The position numbers were made by a program, and so were the translations under genes. Shown piece by piece: positions 53,164 to 64,000 of a stretch of DNA of 64,000 nucleotides (its first letter is position 1; every line of letters starts with the position of its first letter). The stretch lies in contig NC_043013.1 of NCBI RefSeq assembly GCF_006345805.1, forward strand, positions 20,584,001 to 20,648,000. The letters run 5' to 3'. Source of the stretch: Octopus sinensis. Its lineage: Eukaryota. The notes below the pieces were generated by a model. The model made no database searches. It was not told the DNA's origin and worked only from the letters and a program-made list of their open reading frames with translations.

Positions 53164-53984
53164 AACGGTTTTATCTGAAAAGGAACTGGATGTAATAACA
53201 TAACATATTTTTCTCAAGGTCATAAGTAGAAAAATATACAGCTAAACACTACTTCATTGATGAAAATAATTGGAGAAGAGTGGTTGTATGCGCAACCTTT
53301 ATATACTTCCCATCTCAAGTACACAAAATACTTACATACTGACACATTTATATATACATTTATATCAATCTACATTAATTTTGTTTATGACCAATGTTTG
53401 CAGTAATTCTTGTATGCTTTATATATTTGTCAGTCAATATTTAACATTTCCCTTCCTTTTATGCCACTTTGGTTGGAATTTGTCAAATCTTTCAGTTTCT
53501 TTCACCCAATCACAACAATATCCACTGTACAAACATCTCAGAACAGATTGCTTCTAAATTATATTTCCATCAACATTTCACGAACAAATATTTGTGTTTA
53601 CATCGTTTCTATAAGGCTGCCATCCTTTTATTAATATTTCTCCTAAATTACCTTTATTATTGTTCTTCCTGTTGCTGTAGCTCCTTTTTTTTTTCTCTTT
53701 TGACATTTATTAGTGTCGTATCACTTTATTTTCATTAATTCTCCATCAAAAATTCCTATATTTTCGATATTCCGCTTTCACTGTAGTCATGTATATTCTG
53801 GGTTCAAATCACGCAACTGCGTACTCAGGATCTCATCCTCCCAGGGATCAACATTTAAAATTCCTATTATATACAGAGTTGTCGTTAATCGATTGTACTT
53901 CACCTTCAGAACGCAAGAAATCGTTATCATCGTCATCGTAATGGTCATAGTGGAGGTGGTAGTGGTGTTGATAAGCTGCATAAC

Positions 53985-54355
53985 CGTTAGAATATCGGCA
54001 AAATAATATTTTGTATTTGTTTCGGCTCTTTTTGAGTTCATATCCAGCTGCGGTAGGCTTTGCCTTCCATCCTTTCAGGGTTGATACAATAATTCCCATC
54101 TATGCATGAGGTTGATCTAATCAACTGGGCCTCCTCCCGCAAATTTTCATGCCAAGTGCCTACAGTATAAAGAATTATTATTAGTAGTAAGGCAGCATTT
54201 ATTCTGGCTCTTCATGTTCTGTTTTACAATGCCACTGAGGTTACTCTTGCCTTTCTTCATTTCAGGGTCGATAAAAAATTACCAGTTGAACATTGTTGTC
54301 GGTGTAATCGACTAGCACCCTTCCCCAAAATTTCAAACCATGAGCTTATGACAGG
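53985..54355 (+). mobile_element. Two diverged SINE family A copies
   Basis: tttgccttccatcctttcagggttgata and ttgcctttc..tttcagggtcgataaa. Confidence 0.6.
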
Positions 54356-56840
54356 AAAATTCGCTTTGCAAGGAAATCAGTTTAAAAGAATCACCAGAAT
54401 TGATACTTGTGAATGGTGGAGGAGCAAATATGGAAACTGAAAAGTGATGCGCCAGACAAAAAACAAAGATTAGACGAAAAAACAGAGAAACCGACAATTA
54501 CGCGATCACCCAACATAACTAGAAACATTTCTAACTCTAGAAACATCACAAATATTACAAACACCACAACAAGAGAAAACACATATCAATCCAAACCAAC
54601 ATGTATAGTACCTCAATGCACCATCAACTATATGGTCATAGACAAAACTATCAATGATTTCATAAAACCTTACATCAATACAAACATAACTCATAATTAA
54701 ACACCATACTCCCGCATTACACAACTACTCATATAGCAATTATAACAACAACACAGAGAGCAAAATATCCCCAGAGAATGGAAGATTTCCGAAGGACTAT
54801 CAACTAAAGCAAGTGATTTTTTTTCCAACGGTACGACTTGCTTTAGTGACCAGTGAGGTTTCCAGAAGTTACCCTCAGAAGTCACATTCTATGGAGGACT
54901 TTAAATATTTTCTTATTTGTTTATATCTTGTTTCCATGTAAAACTCGTTTCTTTTTAATATTGTCATCATCATTTCAGCATCGTTTTAAAAAAGAGGAAA
55001 AGAACATGGATGATAAAGCGAGAAAAGGTGAGTGTGCTAGGAGGATGTGTAAGTGATTAACAATTGAAAAATAGTCAGAGATTGACAACGATGGAGAAAA
55101 ACAGCGGTGATGATAAAAGTGAAACAGGGTATCTGTGGGCCGGACATCCGTGGGTGTTGTTGAGAGAGGACATCTGTGGCCAAAAGTTGGTGTTTTGGTA
55201 AGCGACTCTATGGCAATCAATCAAGTGATGCATGAACTAGGAACCTGGAAACATGTAACTAAATACTTCTAAGCATTTTCTCTTTAATCTGCCGATTTTG
55301 CCATCCATTGTGGTGAAAATGTAATTGATAATTAAAAATGCAGCAAACTGAAATACTGTAAAATCCATCAGTCCACGTGACTTTACAATTGGCCAATGTA
55401 GTGTGTCAATCACATGAAGTTACTGTCTCGTTTGCATTTCTCTTGTTATTCTCCGTTTTTCCGTTGTCAACCTGGATGAAAGACCTCAATATGTTTTTGC
55501 CATCTCAGCTGATTGTAGATTTCCATGTTCATGCTGTTCGTCAGGCATGTTGTTACCTTCAGTAGCGGTTTAGCCCGGACTATGGCTAACGACTTTCGCC
55601 AATACTAAATCCTCCTTATTTTATACTGTCCAAGTGTTTGAGACAAGGTTTTTTTACAAGTATCTTACCTAATCCCGCACTTTGGGCTCATTGCTGTTGT
55701 AGTGAAGTAAAACACTTATTATTTATATTATATTTTATCTTTTTATTTTCGTTTTGCTTTTTTTGCCAATAAGCAATTTCTGAACTTCAACACTTTTTCT
55801 ATGTTGGTTATATTTCTCTTTTTCTTTTTTCAAAATAAAGGATTGTATTTATTTTAGTGCTATTTATCTTCCCCCAAAGAATATTTTTGACTTAAATGAA
55901 GCAAAGTTATGTAAGTTCATAATGGGATATTGCCCTTTTTCAAATAGTTTTTACATCCAACCCTTCCTATACTTAATTTCTTAGCCAGCGCTAAGTGAAG
56001 GCACAAGGCACTAACGAATGAGGAGGTCTCCACCTGATTACTTGTCATGCACAAGTTATTGAGGAGAGAGCCGCTATGTGACAGCTCTCTTAGATAAAAC
56101 AGTAGCCAAATGTATTCCATATTTTAGGTGAATATTGTTTTTGTTATAAAAAACGAACAGGTACGGTTTAAATATATTGATCCTTGAATAGCTGGATTAT
56201 GGCTGGCCTGGCTCAAACAACAAGGTCGGAAGAAAAGCGTAAACTATTTATAATACGGATTAACAAACAGTGTTAGATATTGTCTGTATGTGGAACAGCT
56301 GTCTTTCTCAAGAAAATCTACCCATGGTTTTATTTAATATTTATTTTCTGAATTGTCAAAAACAAACACAAAAACAATCACATGGTGAAGATATTAATTT
56401 GCAAATATCAATTAAGATTTTAGACGTGTTTACATATATTTCATTACCTTCCGCCTCCCATCTCTACCTGTACAGTAAACTTCTCTTTTTGTTAATTAAA
56501 TACGTCAGGTAGTTTTACATTAAAGCTGATCTGATTAAGGTAGGACTTTATAAATATTATGTATATATATGTGTGCGTGTGTGTGTGTGAGTAGCATATA
56601 AATACACAGATGCAAATTATACACGAACCGCGTACATGCGTACATACACTGTGGGCTTGTCATAGGCATTTGTGCACTCACTTGTGATTACTCGAATACG
56701 ATGAGCATACACACACACACACGTGTGTGTGTTCATATTTTTGTGTGCATAATGTGACTGTATGTGTGTTTAAATATATGTGCATGTGTACGTGTCTGTA
56801 TGTGTGAGAGTATTTGTTTGTGTGTATACATGTGTGTGTG

Positions 56841-57125
56841 TATATATGTATGTATGTGTATATATAAATATGTAGATATATGTGTATCTTTGTGTATATA
56901 TGTGTGTATATATATATGTATGTGTGTATATATATATGTGTGTGTGTGTGAATATTTGTATGTATATATGTGTTTTGTATATATATATATATACACAAAA
57001 CACAGATATACATACAAATATTCACACACACACATATATATATATATATATACACACATACATATATATATATATACACACATATATACACAAAGATACA
57101 CATATATCTACATATTTATATATAC

Positions 57126-57140
<15 letters not shown>
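56841..57140. repeat. ~300-bp palindrome built from degenerate microsatellite
   Basis: Unique landmarks (aaatatgtagatatatgtgtatctttg, gaatatttgtatg, tgttttg) are mirrored around a (TA)n centre at ~56985. Confidence 0.88.
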
Positions 57141-57188
<48 letters not shown>

Positions 57189-57820
57189 TGTATTTATACA
57201 CATGTGTGAATTCTTGAATACTATACGCACACATACTCATAATTAGCAGGTGGGAGTGTATCCATACAATCTGCAGTCTGAATGTAAATGTTATAGAATT
57301 TTACAGATGCCACGATTAATTCTTCATTACTCAAGAGACAGATATAATTAAAAAGACATTTATTTATTTTGGTTAACGACGGCAATATAACTTGTCCTGG
57401 ACATGCTGTGGTTAAATCGCACTTACATCTGTCTCCAAATTCACACGCAAGCGCGCGGACAGACCCCGCATGGACGCACGTGAGCGCCGCACACACACAT
57501 GCACTGCGTATGCGTGTTTGTGTATAATGGAATCTATGTGTGTGTGTGTGTATGTTTGTGAGTGTGTTTATGCGTGTACCTGTCTGTGCATATATGTGTA
57601 TGATTGTGTTTGTATTGTGAGTCGACAGAAATTCGTTTGTTAGAACTCCCATCTGCTATTGGCGGCAAAGTTGCTAAGTCTGTTTTCTTCTTTTCGTTTT
57701 TTTTTCTATACTCTGTCAACGGACCTATGATCCGAAACTCCAGTAGGGACCTTCATGCCCAGAAACCTAGAACACATTTTTCAACGTGTTCTTTTTGAAA
57801 CATTATGTTAATTTAAAGAA

Positions 57821-58050
57821 GGTGGCGAGCTGGCAGAACTGTTAACACGCCGGACGAAATGCGTAGTCGTATTTCGTCTGCCGCTACGTTCTGAGGTCAA
57901 ATTCCACCGAGGTCGACTTTGCCTTTTATCCTTTCGGGGTCGATTAAATAAATACCAGTTACGCACTGGAGTCGATATAATCGACTTAATTCGTTTGTCT
58001 GTCCTTGTTTGTCTCCTCTATGTTTAGCCCCTTGTGGGTAATAAAGAAAC
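57821..58050 (+). mobile_element. SINE family A with TSD
   Basis: Close to the 24431 copy. tatgttaatttaaagaa / tatgttaaattaaagaa are duplicated on the flanks. Confidence 0.9.
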
Positions 58051-58206
58051 ATATGTTAAATTAAAGAAGAGTTAGCATCCCATAAACTCGGTATAACTCC
58101 TCAAAGCCTTTTTATTTTTAACAATTCTCAGAATTTTTTTTGCGAATTTGTTCTACACACGGTAACTCATACGGCTATGCAAAAGGTGAATGCAATATTG
58201 TGTGTA

Positions 58207-58254
<48 letters not shown>

Positions 58255-59184
58255 ACTGTGTATGAGTGTGTGTGTGTGTGTGTCTGTGTGTCCGTGAGTG
58301 ATTTAAGGGCAATTTAGCTGTTATTTTTAGTATCTCACGCGACCCCCTGATACCTTCCTCGTTTCCGTGTCAGTCTGACATGTATCGATGTTTCTGAACA
58401 TTGTTCTCCCCATAAACACATTTAATGGAACGTTGATGCATCCAAGGGATTTAAGCAAAAAGTTCAGACTGTCGGTATTTTGAACACTGAATTTAAGAAA
58501 TGTATTCGAAAACGAGTGGAACTTTAAAAGTTTATAGGGATGGAATTTTAAAAATTTTAAAAGAATTCTTTTATATGATACCCGTGTGTAGCCCACCAAT
58601 TCGTAAAGGATTTATGAAAATTCCAATGAATATAAAAAAAAATATGAGAGGTTGTGTGAGGTGCTTAAAGAAGAATTTGGGGGGTTCATCTATTTCTTAC
58701 TGGTCAAGAGACTACATAGAGCTTTCCCTGCCTTCAAAGACATGACCCCACCTGTTGTAAAGTATCCTATATCCATTAAGCTGCATTGTATAAAGTAAAG
58801 GCGGTAGCAGGGTCACTTAAAATATTTAGGAGTTAGTGATGTTTGAAATAGCAGCAAGACCTTTATGAATACAGCTTGTTATAAAATGTTGCGGCCAATT
58901 TGAATTGATGACATGTATATAACAGTAAGCAGTTGGCTTATGTTGGGATGGATTTATTGAGAAACGACACAGTGAAGAGACGACAAACATGTGAACCCGA
59001 AACACTTGGCCATATCTTACATATAAACCTAAAACTCTTGTGAATCTTCCTTAACCCTACGCCACATTCAAGGCTATCCCAGTGTTCACCTTTTCTGTTA
59101 TTGTACTTTAGTTTCTTCCATATTTAGATCAGGCGAATGTTGCATGCGCGCGTGTATGTAAATGTGCGCGCGCGTAGGTGTATC

Positions 59185-59312
59185 TATTACTGGTGAAGGA
59201 CGGTTTATAGGGTTATCCTGGGTTTCTCGCCATAAAGGGTACCTTTATGACGTATCTTCAGACTTAGATGAGAAACCCAGGGTAACCATTAAACCGACCT
59301 TCACCAATAATA
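59185..59312. mobile_element. Small hairpin MITE-like element
   Basis: tggtgaaggacggtttatagggttatcctgggtttctc / gagaaacccagggtaaccattaaaccgaccttcacca, with an inner palindrome cataaaggg-tacctttatg. Confidence 0.7.
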
Positions 59313-59373
59313 AATATAGACTGCTCTACTTCTTAGAGTGTACTTTTTCGGATTCATACTTTTCTAAAAAAAA

Positions 59374-59414
<41 letters not shown>

Positions 59415-59417
<3 letters not shown>

Positions 59418-59588
59418 CAAAATAGGAGATTGGAAATGTTTTGGTATAATTTATTCACCATCATAAGTGTTTCATTTGCTCGAAAAATTTTCTAATAGGA
59501 AATTCCTAACTTGTAAAACTTTGTAATTCCTATTAAGAAATATAATTGTGAATGAATAATACCAAAAAATGTCCAGTTTCCTGTTTTA
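59415..59588. repeat. Imperfect inverted repeat next to (TA)n
   Basis: aaaataggagattggaaatgttttggtat..ttcac versus gtgaa..ataccaaaaaatgtccagtttcctgtttt. Confidence 0.6.
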
Positions 59589-59756
59589 TTATGCTATAAT
59601 GCTATAAATGATATTTCCATAATTTTAAATTTTAATATATTTTTTGAGTTCACAAACAGCAGCAACTGAGACTACATATTTAGTTGTAACAATGGAATAA
59701 GCATATGTGCTTTAAAAGGAAAGGAAACAGCTAGGATTTATCCTGACTACATATAT

Positions 59757-60110
59757 CGTTGCTGTATGGTAAGAATATTACATTCCAGCGTGCCGCAATA
59801 GGGAGAGTGTCTTCTACAACAGCCTCGAGCCGAACAAAACTTTGTTAAGTGGATTTCGTAGAGGGGAAACTAAATGAAGCTCCTCGTGTGTGAGTATGTG
59901 TCTTTGTGCTTGTTCCATCAGCGCTTGACGACCAATGTTGAATTGTTTACGTCCTGGTACCTTATTTCCTTTTTCTATTTTTGTGGAGGTGGTGGTGGTG
60001 GGAGTCTATCGAATACTTTGCCGAACCGCTAAGTATTGGTGTGGATTCTTTTGACTAAAATCTTACAAGCTGGTGCCCTAGCATGACTGCATTTCAGTGA
60101 TTGAAGCAAA
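59757..60110 (+). mobile_element. SINE family B, old
   Basis: gtgtcttctac..agcctcg..gtggatttcgtag..cgcttgacgacc..tagcatgactgc. Confidence 0.65.
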
Positions 60111-60767
60111 GTACTATATCTTGGTATATCTGATTAGCGATGTGTGTGTGTATGTGTGTGTGTGTGTGAGTGTGTTTGTGTGTGTGTGTGTTTGTATCTG
60201 TCATTAAGAGCAACTCATCAACTAATACTGGAAATATTTTGAACATTCTAAATTTACAAAACCCGTCGACGCACCATATCTAAGCGTTGGATCTCTTTTG
60301 CTCGAAGCATTATCTCCTCTACCCACTCTTTCATTCCCGTCCCACACCTTTTAGCACCCTTGTCTCTAACTTAAGAATTCCTTGTTTCTCTTAAATATTT
60401 CTTATAATTTTTTTTCTAGGCCTGAGTGTCCTGGTTGTTTTTCTTTCGATTCTTTCCATCATCCCCTTCAATACTATCTCCGTTACTTCTGCTTGGTTTG
60501 TTGTGTTCACCACTTTCCTTCAACGATTCCCATTTCCTCCACTTTACTGTTGTTTTCCTCATACCACATCTCTCTCCATCTTCCCCCTCTCTCTCTCTTT
60601 CGATATCTCCCCTTCTTTCTACACCTATAATTTCAATTAATTGTTCGCATTCTTACCTCTAACCCAAGTGACACCACCACTGTGCCTCTCTCACTCTGAC
60701 AGGTGTAAAGACTTAAAACCTACTTCATGTCAACTAAGCATTTCAGACTCTTCGACTTAAATATTTT

Positions 60768-61018
60768 CGTGGACTCTTCTGCCCGAGTACGCCTGTGGAC
60801 TCTTCCGCCCGTGTATTCTCGTGAGCCCTTCCATCTGAGTACGCCCGTGGACTCTTCTGTCCGAGTACTCTCGTGGACTCTATCGCCCGACTACTCCCAT
60901 GGACTCTTCTGCTCAAGTACTACCGTAGAGTCTTCTATCGGAGTACAACCGTGTACTCTTCTGCCTGAATACTCTCGCTGACTCTTCTAACCCTTCTGCT
61001 CTAGTACTCGTGTGGATT
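60768..61018. repeat. 26-bp GC-rich minisatellite, ~9 diverged units
   Basis: Consensus CGTGGACTCTTCTGCCCGAGTACTCT. Confidence 0.85.
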
Positions 61019-61213
61019 CACTATTGCACACAGCCAAGACCATCACCAAATTTCCAAATTCCAGATTTTATCTGAAACTAAATACCAGAGGTATTTCGTC
61101 CGGTGCTCTATCTTCCATGATCACTCTGCCACATTAATTAGCCACAAATCAAATAATTAACATAATCAATTACCAGAAATGTACACATAAAATTGTTAGA
61201 TTTATTTTTATCC

Positions 61214-61639
61214 TTTATTTGCTTCAATTAATTGGGCTGCGGCCATGCTGGTGCACCGGCTTCGATAGTTTTAGCCTAACGAATCAACCTCGGTACTTAC
61301 TTTACTTTCAAACCTGGTAGTTATGCTAATGGTCTCTTAAACCGAGCTGCTAGGCCACGGGGATGTAAACGAGCCAACACCGATTGTTACGCGATGGTTG
61401 GTAATTAACAAAGACACACACACACATACACACAAACGCGCACACATACATGTATGTCCTTACATTCGCACACACATGACGAGCTTCTTTCAGTTTCCGT
61501 CAACTAAATCCACTCACTAGGCTTTGGTCGGCCCAGGCGTACAGTAAAAGACACTTGAGTAAGGTGGCACTCACTGGTACTGAACCCGGGATCATGTGGT
61601 TGGAATACAAACTTGTTACCACACAGCTATACCTGCGCC
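61214..61639 (-). mobile_element. SINE family B
   Basis: gcggccatgctggtgcacc...ttcagtttccgtc...accacacagc..cctgcgcc. Confidence 0.85.
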
Positions 61640-64000
61640 TGCATTTTAAATATTATAAATATATATTTCTTAGAATCACATACAAACTGCCAAATTAAGA
61701 ACGACGACATTATAACAGCAACAAGAACAACAATAACAGCAACCATCTCCACGACAACATTAACAACAGCAACAACAACAGTTATTACAATAATAGGAAC
61801 ATCAACAATTGCTACAGAAACTGTCGCAATATCATAAAGCCATTCTTCTTGCAATCAATGAAAGCAAACTTGAATGAAAGAAGTAATTGGTCAGACAGAT
61901 GGTAAAGAAGAGAGACACACACATACAGATAGAACATAACGAAACAATGGTGATTGACTTCCTTCTAAATATAATAAAGATCTGAAAGAAATTGTTTAAT
62001 TAAAAACGTTATGTAAGTTGTTGTTTTTTGTTATGTTATTTCGAGTGACATACCGTCTGTCTTGAGTCTAAAAATGACGAAGAAATATGAAGATGTCTAA
62101 ACTAAGAATTCACTGAGTAACCTTCTCCCTCCCACTCTTTCTCTTTTCTCTCTCGATCCTCAGAGAAAATCATCAGATTTATGTGTCAATTAATTAACGT
62201 AATTAGACAATAACATCTGCAATCAATTACATGATACATTAAGCAAGAGAATCTGCAACAGATCTTTCTAATTTGACAATTCCACCTGTTCTGCTATTTC
62301 TAACACCATGAGTTGTTGCTGCTGCTGCTGCTGCTTATTTCTATGGAAATTCTTCGATTCACTGCACCAATGCATCACTTGCACAATTCGGTGCAACGAA
62401 GGTATCCGTTTAATACAAAGACAGTGTATGTAGAATGTTTTATGGAATGGTTCTACCTAATGTGTTTCAAACAATTACCCCGGTTACAAACCTAAAAATA
62501 GCAGGCAAATCTACCTCAAATTGTTCTTACTTTTAAGTGGTAAGGAACGTTTCGCCTATACAGAAAATATTGCAACTATGGGCAGGTAGTACGCTGCTGG
62601 AATACTCTTGAGCGTACTATATTGTTACTATTGTGACTATAATTTCCCGACCAGAAGTTAATTCGAATCCAGCTTTCTTGGAATTGTAAGGACATGCAAG
62701 TTTCTTTCATCACAACTAGGTACACAACCCACAGAAGAGGACGAACGAAATGACAGCAATGGCCATCAGTTCATTATATTAAGTACACTGTTACTAGGAT
62801 CACATTATACGTCATCTGTTTTCTAAGAGTGTAAAGTATTATTTGAGGAGAATCTGGTTGTAACTAGAACTAGGTAGCTACATCGAGAACTGGATGTGAA
62901 ATCTGAGGGAGACTGTCTATTATAACTACCAAGTTGATCAACCGTATAATCTTTACAATTCTTTCGATAAAGCACTAAGATATGTTTGTTACAGATGTTT
63001 TTCAAGTTTTCTCAGTTTTGACTTGAACGAATATCCTTGTCAGACTTCTTGACACAAGAATAGTGGCTCTGCTGTTATTTTATATTGTAGTTACAGGTTC
63101 GAGAATATAACAGTTTACTTTGGGGTTATTTAGGCCCATGTCATCCCTTACTAAAAAGCTCTATAATCAAATAACATCCACTAGTCCTCACCTTATGTCT
63201 TTTTTAATCTTCTACATGGTTTATGTTATTTTCTAAATCCAACAAAAACCAGCTAACCGACAATTCGTCGTTCGAGAAGTACCAGAGTCACAGGACAGAG
63301 ATTACGTATTCTGTCGCCATTTTACATTAGCTGCTCTCGCTTGGCCAAATCTGACTTGAAGGCAATTAAGTCATTTCCAGCAACTCTGAGACCTTTTCAC
63401 AAATTTTCAGCTAGTTCCAATTGAATATCTGGCATTTACCGAATGTTCATTCCATGACTATATGTGGCTAAATTCTTTGCAGGCTACAGGAATGGGGAAT
63501 GTTATGAAACTTTTCTCTTTTTTTTTGTCTTTCAATATTTTTCGGATTTCTTAACATCTACAGAACGGAAGTCTTTGATCAAGCATTTGTTTTCGTTTTG
63601 CTTCTTTGATGACAATCCCCCTGATGTCTTGAGAAACCAGGTTAGTGGGTCTCAGATAACTTTGTTGTATATCGACGTATTTCGTTCTATGTTGCAGTCT
63701 ATATGTTCTTTGTCTGTAACCTGGCATATATTGACAGTAAATATCAAAGAGATTAAGAACGGACCTTGTGGGGGATCAAGGAAAACAATTATTGAGTTAA
63801 CCAAAGAACGGAAATGATCGCCAAATCTACACAGAATAACTATTCTTTGTACGCACGCATGTAGACACATATGCATGCATACTCAAAAACACCAAACAGA
63901 GTATTCTTGCTAGACGTGTATCCATGCATGTGTGTGTACTGACAAATATATATGCATGCATACACACACATGCGCGTACTCACACATGCGCGTACACACA

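Noticed and set aside
54391-54850. LINE RT fragment (IPREWK)
   Set aside because: A single short motif only; not enough to assign.
60768-61018. CRISPR-like array with palindromic repeats
   Set aside because: Units are contiguous with no unique spacers, the context is eukaryotic and there are no cas genes.
62823-63817. Possible host exons or transposase fragments (ORFs of 60-117 aa)
   Set aside because: No recognisable domain or convincing splice signals.

Overview
AT-rich (roughly one-third GC by eye), repeat-saturated eukaryotic intergenic or intronic DNA. The SINE families and extreme microsatellite density look like an Octopus (cephalopod) genome; this is inference from recognition, not a database result. 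No host protein-coding exon could be supported, and most track ORFs are translations of microsatellites. The window contains a near-complete but inactivated IR/DR-type Tc1 transposon (DD34E lineage, 46801-48400), decayed mariner elements and MITEs, a 5'-truncated R4/Dong retrotransposon in a (TAA)n tract, RTE LINE fragments and many tRNA-derived SINEs of three families. The most interesting signal is about a dozen type I hammerhead-ribozyme (HHR) motifs of several distinct families. They lie mostly in short Penelope-like (PLE) or retrozyme-like elements in (TA)n tracts. Two loci (6486-6625 and 20404-20502) are palindromes carrying back-to-back hammerheads on opposite strands, one of them with a fully intact core and stems I and III. 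A 3-copy, ~250-bp tandem array with HHR-like motifs (36654-37382) resembles PLE pLTR or retrozyme arrays.
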